The notes: generated from the sequence alone by a model not told the origin. Counted from the first letter of the stretch, positions 18,792 to 28,637 are shown. The stretch: DNA of 64,000 bases from an uncultured Actinomycetes bacterium (GCA_963755025.1 CAVWIH010000015.1:1-64000), one strand, 5' to 3'. A program made the numbers and translations.

Positions 18792-20492
18792 ATGGACGAC
18801 CATCGCACGTTGCGCCGGCACCCGCTGCCGGTGGCGCTTTGTCTGGCACTCGCCTGCCTGTTCGTCGCCTGCGCACTCGCGCCGGTCGCGGCGGCCGCGC
18901 CGCGGGTCGGCTGCCACGACGGGCCCGCCGTGGTGACCGAGTTCCCGGTGTCCGTGTCGCCGGCCGCCAAGACGGCGCCGCATACCGACGGCCAGACCGT
19001 GGTCTGGTCTGACGGCCGCGGCGCCGCGGCCGCCATCTACTCCTTCGACCTCTGCTCCCAGACCGAGTCGCTGATCGCCGGGGCAAGCGGCGACCTGGTC
19101 ACCCCGACGGTCAGCGACGGGGCGATCTTCTGGACCGATCTGAGCGCGGCCGACCCCGTCGTCGCGGGCTACGACACCTGCGCCACGCCGGCCCAGGTGA
19201 CCGTGGGCGGCGATCCGGCCGAGCAAGAGGCGGTCGACGGCGACTACGTCGTCTTCACCGACCTCGCCGGTGGCGCCTCGCACATCTACGGCTACAACCG
19301 CGCGAGCGGTCAGGTCTTTCCCATCTGCACCGCCGACGGCACGCAGTCGAACCCGGCGATCAGCGGCGACATCGTCGTCTGGCAGGACGACCGTAACGGC
19401 AACTGGGACATCTACGGCTGCAACCTCGCCGCGCTCTCCGACACCGGTGCTTCGCGCAACGGCACGCGGCTCGGCTGTTCAGACCTGCCCGCCGAGTTCG
19501 TGGTCTGCGACGCGGCCGGCGACCAGACGGACCCCGCAGTCAGCTGCGGCACCGTCGTCTGGCAGGACGACCGCAACGGCAACTGGGACATCTACGGCTG
19601 CGACCTGTCTCAGCTGGCCGATCAGACCGTCTCCTCGTCGGCGGCGGCTCGGGTAGGCTGCGACCAGTCGCCCGAGTTATCGATCTGCACGGCGAACGGC
19701 GACCAGACCAGCCCGACGATCAGCGACAGCCTCGTCGCCTGGCAGGACGAAAGCAGCGGCGCCAGCCACATCGAGGGCTACAACCTGGACTCTCAGACCG
19801 AGTTTCCGCTCTGCACCGCGGCCGGCGACCAGATCGGCCCGTCGGCCGGTGGCGGCGACACGGTCGTCTGGCTCGACAGCCGCAACGGCGGCAGCGACGT
19901 CTACGGCGCGACGGTCAGCTACGACGCGCCGCTGCCCCCCGAACAGTGGACCTCGAGCAGCGTCGTCAACTTGCTGCTTTCGGCCTTCCAGGGCCTGGGT
20001 GTCTTCGACCAGTGGAACTACTCGCTGGACGGCGGCCAGACCTGGGCCAGCGATACCTGGCTCGCCCTCGACGAGGGCAGCACCATCCAGCTGCCGAGCG
20101 GTGACGGTCCCAAGACCGTCGAGCTGAAGTTCTCCGACAGCGTGAGCGGCATCATCATCGGTCCCATCGAGTTCACCGTCTGCGTCGACACCGAGCAGCC
20201 CGTCACCCAGGCGCTGGGCACGGCCGTCGTGGCCCGCGGCCACGAGGCGGCACTCAAGATGGTCGTGCGGGAGCACCTGAGCCCCAAGGCCACAGTCACG
20301 GTCGTCATTCGCAACCGCAAAGGACAGGTCGTGAAGACCCTTTTGCTGGGGCGGCGCGCCACGAACAAGACGCTGGTCGCCAGGTTCCGCTGCAACCTGC
20401 GTCGCGGCGACTACCGCTACAGCGTGCGGGCCCGCGACCTCGCCGGCAACCGCCAGTCGAAGACGGGCTCGAGCCTGCTGCTCGTGCGCTAA
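18792..20492 (+). CDS. Secreted beta-propeller repeat surface protein with a basic C-terminal Ig-like domain
   Basis: Signal peptide; repeated Q..PAISG..VVWQDDRNGNWDIYG blades; C-terminal YRYSVRARDLAGN; GGAGGT RBS. Confidence 0.85.
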   Translation: MDDHRTLRRHPLPVALCLALACLFVACALAPVAAAAPRVGCHDGPAVVTEFPVSVSPAAKTAPHTDGQTVVWSDGRGAAAAIYSFDLCSQTESLIAGASGDLVTPTVSDGAIFWTDLSAADPVVAGYDTCATPAQVTVGGDPAEQEAVDGDYVVFTDLAGGASHIYGYNRASGQVFPICTADGTQSNPAISGDIVVWQDDRNGNWDIYGCNLAALSDTGASRNGTRLGCSDLPAEFVVCDAAGDQTDPAVSCGTVVWQDDRNGNWDIYGCDLSQLADQTVSSSAAARVGCDQSPELSICTANGDQTSPTISDSLVAWQDESSGASHIEGYNLDSQTEFPLCTAAGDQIGPSAGGGDTVVWLDSRNGGSDVYGATVSYDAPLPPEQWTSSSVVNLLLSAFQGLGVFDQWNYSLDGGQTWASDTWLALDEGSTIQLPSGDGPKTVELKFSDSVSGIIIGPIEFTVCVDTEQPVTQALGTAVVARGHEAALKMVVREHLSPKATVTVVIRNRKGQVVKTLLLGRRATNKTLVARFRCNLRRGDYRYSVRARDLAGNRQSKTGSSLLLVR

Positions 20493-20518
20493 GCCGGTCG
20501 GATCCGGCTGCCCACCTT

Positions 20519-20558
20519 ACGGCAGCGGCGGCTCCCACCGGGGAGCCGCCGCTGCCGT
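20519..20558 (+). terminator. Terminator hairpin
   Basis: Perfect 18-bp stem acggcagcggcggctccc/gggagccgccgctgccgt after the stop of 18792..20492. Confidence 0.7.
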
Positions 20559-20716
20559 CCTGTCTTACCCGGAGCGACGCACCCGCGTCGTGCCAAAGCG
20601 TCGCGAGAGGAGCGCTGCGGTCACCACGACCGGCCGCAGCCGGCGGTCGCGAACCGGGCTGAAGTACGACAGCAAAAGGAAGCGCCCCAGGAGCGTCGCC
20701 GTCTTTCGTGGCGCCC

Positions 20717-21172
20717 TCACCGTGCGCGGCGTCGCGCACGTCGGTTCATGCCCGCGACGGAGATCGGAGACAGCGGTCGCCCGAAGGGATCGATGAAGAC
20801 CGAGACCAGCTCGCCCGTGGCCGGCAGGCTACCCTCCAGGATGGTGACGGTGTAGGTGAGCGTGTCGCTTTCGAGCACCGGATCGCTCAGCACGACGATG
20901 GCATCCTCGGGACTCTCATCGCCGTTCTCGACGAAGGAGATGACGGCGTTCGGGGGGTCGAAGGCGAAGCTGTCCTCGCCCTGGTCCCACTCCTCGATGA
21001 ACTGCCGGGTGGTGAGGTGCCCGACCACGCGCTGCGGGCGGTCTGAGAAATAGAGGGTGGCGGGTGAAAGCCCGTGGAGGGTAACGCGGTCGCCGTCGGT
21101 GGTCAGCCGGTGCGCCGTCTGCGCGAAGAGGGCCTGGATGTCTTCGAGGTTCTTCTCGATGTCGTCGGCCAT
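20717..21172 (-). CDS. Hypothetical protein
   Basis: LFAQTA...TLYFSDRPQRVVGH...FAFDPPNAV...VSVFID; strong codon bias; GGAG RBS. Confidence 0.75.
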   Translation of the reverse strand: MADDIEKNLEDIQALFAQTAHRLTTDGDRVTLHGLSPATLYFSDRPQRVVGHLTTRQFIEEWDQGEDSFAFDPPNAVISFVENGDESPEDAIVVLSDPVLESDTLTYTVTILEGSLPATGELVSVFIDPFGRPLSPISVAGMNRRARRRAR

Positions 21173-21327
21173 TTTGGCATCTCCGTATCGGAGGGGGATC
21201 GCGAAACGACCGGTCGATCGCCGCGCGAAAGTAGCTGAATCCTGCGCCGCGACGTCGATCGTCAAACGCAGGTCGCTCGCGTTCTTCGTCTTCAGGCAGG
21301 GCCCCGCGGCGCGTGCCGCCCGGCCCA

Positions 21328-21981
21328 TCAGCCGCCGCGCCGCAGCCGGCGCCGCACGATCCGCGCCGGAAGGAGCAGGTAGACGCCGATGACGAAGTAG
21401 AGGCCGACGCCGAGGTAAGGCTGGATCAGCCCGCAGACCGTGGCCACGGCGTAGAAGATGAGGCCCGGAGCGAGCTGGTAGCGTATCCGGTCCTCTTCGC
21501 CGCGCTCCTCGGCGGCATCGCCGCCGAACAGGTCCTGCCGTTCAGCGTAGCGCCCGAGCACGATCAGCATCAGGCTCATCAGGAACAGCACGACGCCGAA
21601 GAAGGCGACCGCCGTTCGCTGGCCGCCGTGCTGGTCGTGCGTGAGGGCGAGGTACTCCTCCATCACCCTGGTCGGATAGGGCAGAAGACCGACCAGCAGC
21701 AGGAGCAGCAGGTTGAGCCGCAAGAACCCGGCGTCGACGTGATCGAGGGCCTCGGTCAGCGCGTTGTGCTCGATCCACACCATGCCGATGCTCATGAACG
21801 CGATGAAGTAGCCCCAATACGCCGGTCGCTCGTGAAAGAGCGCCGAGAGCAGGTGGCCGCCGGCATGCTCGGGCACGGCGAGCTCGATGACCAGCAGCGT
21901 GATCGCGATGGCGAAGACGCCGTCGCTGAAGGCCTCGAGACGGGTCTTCGATCTGAGTCCGGCGGACGAGCGAACGGCCAA
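21328..21981 (-). CDS. TMEM175-family potassium channel (DUF1211)
   Basis: RLEAFSDGVFAIAITLL, WIEH, NLLLL...PYPT; AGGAGG RBS before a TTG. Confidence 0.9.
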   Translation of the reverse strand: MAVRSSAGLRSKTRLEAFSDGVFAIAITLLVIELAVPEHAGGHLLSALFHERPAYWGYFIAFMSIGMVWIEHNALTEALDHVDAGFLRLNLLLLLLVGLLPYPTRVMEEYLALTHDQHGGQRTAVAFFGVVLFLMSLMLIVLGRYAERQDLFGGDAAEERGEEDRIRYQLAPGLIFYAVATVCGLIQPYLGVGLYFVIGVYLLLPARIVRRRLRRGG

Positions 21982-22063
21982 GATGGTTGCCTCCTGCTGG
22001 GTGGCCCCACAGTGTAGCGGCACGGGGGCATGCCTGCACCCAAGGCGTTCGCGCACGGAGTGG

Positions 22064-22147
22064 TCGACGCCCCGGCATCGACGCCCCGGCATCGACGCTC
22101 CGGCGTCGACGCTCCGGCATCGACGTCCCGGCATCGACGCTCCGCCG
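22064..22147. repeat. 14-bp tandem repeat x6 (TCGACGCYCCGGCA)
   Basis: Six adjacent near-identical units, no spacers, in the divergent TMEM175/SBP intergenic region. Confidence 0.9.
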
Positions 22148-22260
22148 CGGCCGCCGCGGCCGCCGGCCGCTTACTCGAACCCGGGCGCCGTGCTAACGTA
22201 GTAGTCAGAACACGTTCACTCGAGGAAACGGCGTTCCGCCAGGGACGCGGAGGGGGAGCC

Positions 22261-24117
22261 ATGCGCATCAGGGATCTGTCGCGGTCAAGACACTGCTGGT
22301 GGCCACTTGCGGTGCTGGCTCTCGTGCTTATGGCGGGCATGGCGTGGGGCCCGGCCGGCGCGCGGGCTGCGAGCCCGAGCGCCTCGCCCTCGCCTGGGGG
22401 CGTGATCCTCAGGCTCGGCTGGACCCAGGAGCCCGACAACCTCAACGTGTTCGTAGGCTACAACGCGACGTGCTGGGAGATCTGGGCCCTCAACTACGAC
22501 TACCTGTTCGGCTCGGGGCAGCACAACCAGCCGACGCTCGACCTGGCGAACGTGTTCCCGACTCAGGCAAACGGCGGCATCTCGGCGAACGGCAAGGTCT
22601 GGACCATCCACATCAGGAGCGGCGTGAAGTTCCAGGACGGCACGCCGCTCACCGCCGCCGACGTCGCCTTCACCTACAACTACGTCATCAAGAACAACGT
22701 CTCGCAGTACACGACCTACATCGCCGGCATCGAGAAGGCCACCGAGCTCAACCCGACCACGGTGCAGCTCACGTGCGCCCACTCCATGGCGCTGGGCTTC
22801 ATGGAGACGCAATCGGTGCCCATCCTGCCGCAACACATCTGGGAGCACGTCCCCGCAGCGGCCGCCACCAACACCTACGGCAACAAGGCGCCGCTGATCG
22901 GCAGCGGCCCCTTCCAGGTCGTGCGCTACGTCAAGGGCAGCTACATCGAGATGGACCGGAACCCGAACTACTGGGGCCCAAAGCCGACCATCGACAAGAT
23001 CTTCTTCGAGACCTATCAGGACGCCGAGACGATGGTGACCGACTTCGACGCCGGCCGGCTCGACGGCATGTGGGGCATCCCGGTGGCGCAGTTCCAGAAG
23101 CTGGGTTCGGGCAGCGGCGCCAAGGCGATCGCCTATCCGTACTACGCCCTCGACGACCTCGAGTTCAACTGCTCGACATCGAAGTACTCGACCGGTAATC
23201 CGGTCCTGCGGGACTGGAAGTTCCGCCAGGCGCTCAATTACGCGATCGACCGGCAGCGCCTGTGCGCCATCGCCGAAGACGGTCTCGCCCAGCCCGGCAC
23301 GACCATCCTCCTGCCGGGCACCTGGGTGAACCCCGACTACCACTGGCAGCCGGCCGCCGGACAGGCTTACACCTTCGACCTGGCCAAGGCCGGCCAGCTG
23401 CTCACGGCCGCGGGCTATCCGCTCAAGAACGGCGTGCGCGTGAACAAGCAGGGCAAGCCCATCGTGCTGCGCCTCGAGACGCCCACCGACAAGCCCGACG
23501 AGCAGACCGCGGTCAAGCTGATCACCGGCTGGCTGCAGCGACTCGGTCTGACGATCAGGCTCTCGGTGCTCGACTCGGGCACCCTCGACTCGGCCATGAC
23601 CAACACCCACGGCAGCGCCTGGGCGCCCGACTACGACCTGGTCGCCTGGGACCTGGTCGGCAACTACGATCCCGGCCAGACCATGGACTACTTCACGACC
23701 TCGCAGTTCGGCCTCAACAACGACTACTACTGGTCGAACCCCACCTTCGACAAGCTCGCCGTGGCGCAGGCAGGCGCCGTCGATCCGCAGCAGCGCAAAG
23801 CCATCATCTGGCAGATGCAGCAGATCATGTACCAGCAGACGCCGAACATCGTGATGAACTACCCCGACGACCTCGAGGCCGTGAACACGGCCAAGTGGAC
23901 CGGCTGGACGGCGCTTTGGGGAGCCACCGGGCCCGTATGGAACTGCCAGGGCAACATCGAGTCGTACCTGCGCCTGCGCCCCGCGACCCTCGCGGCGGCG
24001 TCGAGCGGCGGTTCGAGCGGGCCGCTGATCGCCGTGATCGTGGTGGTGGCCATCGTGGCGGCCGTGATCGCCCTCGTCGTGGTGCGCAGAAGGCGGCGCG
24101 TCGAAGTCGAGGAGTGA
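22261..24117 (+). CDS. ABC peptide/nickel family 5 substrate-binding protein with C-terminal TM anchor (orphan)
   Basis: EPDNLN, GVKFQDGTPLTAADVAFT, IGSGPF, FRQALNYAIDR; C-terminal hydrophobic helix followed by RRRRR. Confidence 0.92.
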   Translation: MRIRDLSRSRHCWWPLAVLALVLMAGMAWGPAGARAASPSASPSPGGVILRLGWTQEPDNLNVFVGYNATCWEIWALNYDYLFGSGQHNQPTLDLANVFPTQANGGISANGKVWTIHIRSGVKFQDGTPLTAADVAFTYNYVIKNNVSQYTTYIAGIEKATELNPTTVQLTCAHSMALGFMETQSVPILPQHIWEHVPAAAATNTYGNKAPLIGSGPFQVVRYVKGSYIEMDRNPNYWGPKPTIDKIFFETYQDAETMVTDFDAGRLDGMWGIPVAQFQKLGSGSGAKAIAYPYYALDDLEFNCSTSKYSTGNPVLRDWKFRQALNYAIDRQRLCAIAEDGLAQPGTTILLPGTWVNPDYHWQPAAGQAYTFDLAKAGQLLTAAGYPLKNGVRVNKQGKPIVLRLETPTDKPDEQTAVKLITGWLQRLGLTIRLSVLDSGTLDSAMTNTHGSAWAPDYDLVAWDLVGNYDPGQTMDYFTTSQFGLNNDYYWSNPTFDKLAVAQAGAVDPQQRKAIIWQMQQIMYQQTPNIVMNYPDDLEAVNTAKWTGWTALWGATGPVWNCQGNIESYLRLRPATLAAASSGGSSGPLIAVIVVVAIVAAVIALVVVRRRRRVEVEE

Positions 24118-24161
24118 GCGGCTGGCGCCGCGCGGCTGGTCGTGGCCGGCGGCTCGTGGTC

Positions 24162-24857
24162 TTAGAGCCGTCGGCCGCCGTCGGCCGCCTCGGGGTCGAG
24201 CAGGTACCTGAGCGTCCGGCGCGCGTCGTGCAGCGCCGTCTCGAGGTCGAAGTCGGGAGCGCCGACCACCATCTGCATGAAGATGCCGTCGAGCAGGATC
24301 GCGGCGAACTGCCCGAGCGTCGCCGCGGTGCGGGCGCGCGTCTCGCTGTCGGCGCCGGGGGGCGCGAGCACCTCGCCGGCCCAGGCGTACCAGCCTCGAT
24401 AGTAGGCCATGAGGTGCTCGCGTAGCTTGGCGTCGCGGGAGGCTTCGGGCAGGAGCTCGTAGAAGGCGACGTAGCGTTCGACCCGCTGCTTCACCTGGTC
24501 GGCGTTGTCCACGATGAGGTCGACCCGCTCGTCGAGCGTCGCGCCTGCGGCCGGGCGGGCGCCGAAATGAAGCGAGTCCGTGACGGCGATGTCCTCGAGC
24601 AGCGCGAGCACGAGCTGCTCCTTGCCGCCGAAGTAGTACCAGACCCCCGCCTTGTTCACGCCCGCCTCGATCGCGATCGCCTGCAGCGTCAGACCCTGAT
24701 AGCCACGCTCGGCCAGGATGCGCCGCGAGGCGGCGAGGATCTTCTTCGCGGTGGGGTGGAGCCTGCGCGACAGCGGGCTGCGCGTGGCTGGCTGGTCCGC
24801 CGGCGGGCGGGCTTCGGCTGCCGGTCGCTTCGCGTTCGTGGAGACTGGCTTCGCCAC
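24162..24857 (-). CDS. TetR/AcrR-family regulator (possibly BetI-like)
   Basis: ILAASRRILAERGYQGLTLQAIAIEAGVNKAGVWYYFGGKEQL. Confidence 0.92.
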   Translation of the reverse strand: MAKPVSTNAKRPAAEARPPADQPATRSPLSRRLHPTAKKILAASRRILAERGYQGLTLQAIAIEAGVNKAGVWYYFGGKEQLVLALLEDIAVTDSLHFGARPAAGATLDERVDLIVDNADQVKQRVERYVAFYELLPEASRDAKLREHLMAYYRGWYAWAGEVLAPPGADSETRARTAATLGQFAAILLDGIFMQMVVGAPDFDLETALHDARRTLRYLLDPEAADGGRRL

Positions 24858-24893
24858 TTCGCCTCTCCCGGGGTCAGGACGTCCGCGTCGGCA

Positions 24894-24949
24894 ACAGCTT
24901 ACCCGACCGGGTGAGTATACTGCTATACTCACCCGGTCGGGTAAGCTGT
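24894..24949. promoter_or_regulatory. Perfect 26-bp inverted repeat: twin TetR operators with mirrored -10 boxes
   Basis: acagcttacccgaccgggtgagtata-ctgc-tatactcacccggtcgggtaagctgt; each arm holds the near-palindrome CTTACCCG-AC-CGGGTGAG; TATACT on both strands. Confidence 0.85.
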
Positions 24950-25061
24950 GGACGAACGCGATGGGGAGGCCGAGGACAATGGCGACGAAGCTCGAGGAGG
25001 TCGATGCGCGCGGGCGAGGAGCTGCCGCCGGGCATCGTCCGTGGGCCGAATCGCCGCTCGG

Positions 25062-26099
25062 ATGACGTCGGTCGTAGAGCAAACGCCTTCGCCGGCGAGC
25101 GCGACCCCACCGGCGCCGCCGAGCACGTACCGGCGCTCGGGCCTCGCCTGGGCGCTGCTGTCCGGCGTCTGCTGGGGAGCGGACGGCGTGGTGCTCGGCA
25201 TGGCCCTGGCGATGGCGCCGTTCGTGGGCGCGGCCGCGCTGGTGGCTCCGCTCGCCGCGGCCGCCCTGCACGACGTGCTGGCCACCGGCTGGATGCTGAC
25301 CTTCAACACGGCCACCGGCCGGTTGCGCCAGCTGCCACGCAGCCTCGTCAGCCGCGAGGGACTCCTGCTTTGCGGAGCCGCCGTGATCGGCGGCCCCATC
25401 GCCATGTCGGGCTACCTGTTCGGCATCAAATACGCGGGCGCGGCGTACGCGCTGGCGCTCAGCGCCATGTACCCGGCCGTCGGCGCCGTGCTGTCGCGCA
25501 TCTTCCTGGGCGAGGTCGTCTCGCGGCGCGGCTGGCTGGGGATCGCCGTGACGGTGACCGGCGCCGTGATCGCCACCTACACGCCGCCGCCCGGCGGCGC
25601 GATGCCGCACTTCTACCTCGGCATCGGCCTCGCCGTCGTCGCCACCCTGGGGTGGGGGATCGAGGGCGTCCTCGCCATCCACGCCATGAAGGCCGTCGAG
25701 CCGGTGATCGCCGGCACGCTGCGCATGGCGACCTCGGCCGTGGTCTACCTCGCGGTCGTGCTGCCGCTGGTCGGCGGCCTTACGGTCTTCGCCCACGCGA
25801 TCGGCAGCCTCAGCTTCTGGCTCGTCTTCGCCGCCGCCGCGGCCGGCGCCGGCTCCTACCTCACCTACTACGTCGCGAACCATCTCGTGGGCGCCAGTCG
25901 CGCGATGCCGATCAACTCGCTCTACGCCGTCTGGGCGATCGTCTTCTCGGTCGTCCTCACCGGGCTGCACCCCACGCTCCAGCTGGTCGGCGGGGTGCTG
26001 GTCACCTTCGCCGGGGCGTTGCTCGTGGTGTCGGGCGCGCCGCGGGTCGACGGCGACCTCGACGACAAAGAGGCCATCTTCCCGCCGTCGGCGCGCTGA
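25062..26099 (+). CDS. DMT/EamA transporter, LicB (choline permease)-like
   Basis: ALLSGVCWG, AAALHDV, AVIGGPIAM, AMYPAVG resemble LicB motifs recalled from memory (GLLSGIFWG, AATHDF, LAGPIGM, AIYPAI); about 10 TM. Confidence 0.75.
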   Translation: MTSVVEQTPSPASATPPAPPSTYRRSGLAWALLSGVCWGADGVVLGMALAMAPFVGAAALVAPLAAAALHDVLATGWMLTFNTATGRLRQLPRSLVSREGLLLCGAAVIGGPIAMSGYLFGIKYAGAAYALALSAMYPAVGAVLSRIFLGEVVSRRGWLGIAVTVTGAVIATYTPPPGGAMPHFYLGIGLAVVATLGWGIEGVLAIHAMKAVEPVIAGTLRMATSAVVYLAVVLPLVGGLTVFAHAIGSLSFWLVFAAAAAGAGSYLTYYVANHLVGASRAMPINSLYAVWAIVFSVVLTGLHPTLQLVGGVLVTFAGALLVVSGAPRVDGDLDDKEAIFPPSAR

Positions 26100-26150
26100 C
26101 GGGCCGGCGCTGACGAGGCCGGCTGCGCCGGCGGGCGGGCCGCCTCGCGC

Positions 26151-27351
26151 TCAGGCGCCCGAGTCGGGCAACGGCAGCCCCGGAAGCCGGGCGACGGTGG
26201 CGGCGACCAGGATGAGGTGGATCCCCGGCGGTCGCGGACCCTGAGGCGACGGCCTGGTCGCGAGGTAGCGGGCGTGGCGGTCAAGGAGATCGAGGACCGA
26301 GGCGGCGACCGTGGCATCGGGGTGCGCGTCCGGCAGACGGCAGGCGAGGCGCGCGAGGTCGAGGAACTCCTCGGCCGGCTGAGCGGTCATCGCGCAGGCG
26401 GCGGCCGCGACGAGCAACGTATGGATGCGTTCCAGCAGCGGGCCTGGGGCCGGCACGGCGCCACCCGGCGCCGGGCCGAGCTCGCGGGCCGGTTCGTGGG
26501 CGAGCAGACGCTCGAGCTGACCGCCGAACACCGCCGCCATCTGGCCGGCGCTCAGGCCGACCGCCAGGGCCACCCGCAGCGCGATGGCCGCGGCCGCAGC
26601 CGGTCGCCCGTACGGCGTGTCCGAAGCGAACAGGACTCTGTCCCGGGGGCGTGAGCGCGAACAGGGCGAGCAGGTCGGTGGTGCTCCACCAGGCCGTGTC
26701 GAAGAAGAGGCTGGGGTGCGCCGCCGCCTCGGACCAGATCCAGGCGAGGTCGGCGACCGCGGCGTGGGCGAGGATCAGGGGAGCAGCCGGGTAGCGCTCG
26801 GCGAGGCCGAGGGCGTCTCGGCCCAGGCTGGGGATCCCTCGTCCGGCGTGCACGATGATCGGCGCACGCCGCTCAGCGGTCAGCGCGAAGATCTGTCCCA
26901 CCGCCGGATCGGACAGCAGAAAGCGCTCCGCCCGTGGGTGGAGCTTGACACCGGCCGCGCCGCGGTCCAGCGCACGCTCCACCTCGGCGACGCCGTCGGT
27001 GTACGGGTCGACGCGGCAGAACGCGACCAGCCGGCCGTCTGTGTCGGCGGTGCTCGCCAGCACCAGGTCGTTCGCGGCGCGATAGCCGCCCCCCGTGGCC
27101 AGCGGAAAGGTGACCGCGCGCGCTCCGATCACGTCGAGCGCGCGAAGCAGTTCGGTGGCCGCCAGGTGAGAGCCGTCGGGATCTGAACCCAGGTGAGTGT
27201 GGCAGTCGAACAGGCGCAGGCCCGGCACCCGGCGCGCAAGACAGGAGAACCAGGGCTCGACCAGCAGGTCTGCGGGCAGCGCGTCGTCTCCGGGCGAGCG
27301 ACCGCCGGGCGCGCCGCCGGTGCGGACCTCGTCGGGATCGGCGAGCATCAT
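26151..27351 (-). CDS. Amidohydrolase-2 family metal-dependent hydrolase; +1 frameshift near 26637
   Basis: DCHTH, GVKLHP, VHAG, ILAH, FDT, then after one extra base VLFASDTPYG continuing into ORF 26151..26573. Confidence 0.82.
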
Positions 27352-28211
27352 GCGCTGCCGCTGCCGCTGCCGCTGCCGCTGCCGCTGGGACCGCTGCCGC
27401 CGCCGCCGCTGGGACCGCCGCCACCGTGGCTGCCGCCGCCGCTGCGGCGCAAGGCCCTCCAGCAGCGGCAGGCGGCCGGCACAGCGATGTGCTGCGGGTC
27501 GGCGAACTCGGGCTGGGCCGCGATGAGGTCGGCGATGCGGTCCAGCAACGCCTGGCGGTCGCGCGCGGGCAGGCGGATGACCGAGCTGAAGGTCCCCATC
27601 AGTCCGAGCAGATTTTGCCGGCTGGTCTGCCAGCGCCACTTCACGGTGTGGATCTCGGGCGCGCCGAAGGGTGCGTCGGCGGGCAGGACGATGTGCTCGG
27701 GCCGGTGCTGCGCGCCCGCTGGGTCGGGCAGCGCATCGTGCAGCTCGCGGCGCATGGCCGCCCCCAGCGGCGCGTCGTGATCGAGGCCGTTCCACAGGAT
27801 GCCGAAGACGCCGCCGTCGCGCAGCACGCGGGCGATCTCGGGCACGGCCAGCGCGGGGTCCATCCAGTGCCAGGCCGAAGAGACCAGCACGGCGTCGACG
27901 CTGTCGTGGGGAAGGGGAAGTGACTCGGCGCGCCCTTCGAGCAGGCGCACTTGCGGCAGCCCCCGGGCGATGAGCGCGCGCATGCGCGGGTCGGGTTCGA
28001 CGGCGATGACCACGTCGGCCTTGTCGAGGAGGAGCCGGCTGAGGGCCCCCGTGCCGGCCCCCAGGTCGAGCGCCGATCCGACGCGAAGCGGCAACAGCCA
28101 ATCGATCGCAGCTTGCGGCGCCGCCGGCCGGTAGCGATCGTAGTCGGCCGCCACGGCGCCGAACGACAACGCTCGTGGTGATGCGCTCGAGTTGTCCGAC
28201 GTGTGTGGCAT
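27348..28211 (-). CDS. Class I SAM-dependent methyltransferase with Gly/Ser repeat tail
   Basis: SFGAVAADYDRYRP, LDLGAGTG, AVEPD, AWHW. Confidence 0.9.
   Translation of the reverse strand: MPHTSDNSSASPRALSFGAVAADYDRYRPAAPQAAIDWLLPLRVGSALDLGAGTGALSRLLLDKADVVIAVEPDPRMRALIARGLPQVRLLEGRAESLPLPHDSVDAVLVSSAWHWMDPALAVPEIARVLRDGGVFGILWNGLDHDAPLGAAMRRELHDALPDPAGAQHRPEHIVLPADAPFGAPEIHTVKWRWQTSRQNLLGLMGTFSSVIRLPARDRQALLDRIADLIAAQPEFADPQHIAVPAACRCWRALRRSGGGSHGGGGPSGGGGSGPSGSGSGSGSGSA
27353..27445. repeat. GCTGCC/GCC microsatellite encoding a GSGSGS tail
   Basis: (gctgcc)n and (gcc)n runs at the 3' end of the methyltransferase. Confidence 0.8.
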
Positions 28212-28350
28212 GGCCTGGCGTCCTTCTCGGGTCTGGTCGGCGCTCGCCTTGGCGGGTCGCCGCAGGTACCCTGGCTTGCCGCGGTTACCGACCCAAGTCT
28301 ATTCTCGCGGGGAGCAAACGACGGCCCCGGCCCTCAACAAGGGAGACGGC

Positions 28351-28572
28351 GTGAACAAGCGCAGACTCTTCATGGTCCTTCTCATCGTCATAGGCGTCGC
28401 CCTCGTTGCGCTCGGCGTCTACTACTGGGTCACGCCCGCCGGCTCGTTACCCAGCTTCTTACCCGGACACCTCGCCGGCTCCGCGCACAAACACGTGAAG
28501 CACGGTCTGGCGGCGCTGATCGTCGGGGTCGTCTGCTTTCTGGGCGCCTGGATGCTGTCCGGCAAAGAGTAG
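28351..28572 (+). CDS. Small two-TM membrane protein
   Basis: VNKRRLF-TM-PAGSLPSFLPGH..HKHVKHG-TM; GGGAG RBS; followed by a terminator. Confidence 0.8.
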   Translation: MNKRRLFMVLLIVIGVALVALGVYYWVTPAGSLPSFLPGHLAGSAHKHVKHGLAALIVGVVCFLGAWMLSGKE

Positions 28573-28637
28573 GGAGTCGCCCGCGCCGCGGCTCGGCGAG
28601 ACCCGTGGCGATCGCCCGGCCGCGGCGAGAACGGTTG

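Noticed and set aside
22064-22147. Possible CRISPR array, also considered for 31504-31575 and 54830-54904
   Set aside because: Units are 14-19 bp, directly adjacent with no unique spacers, and there are no cas genes
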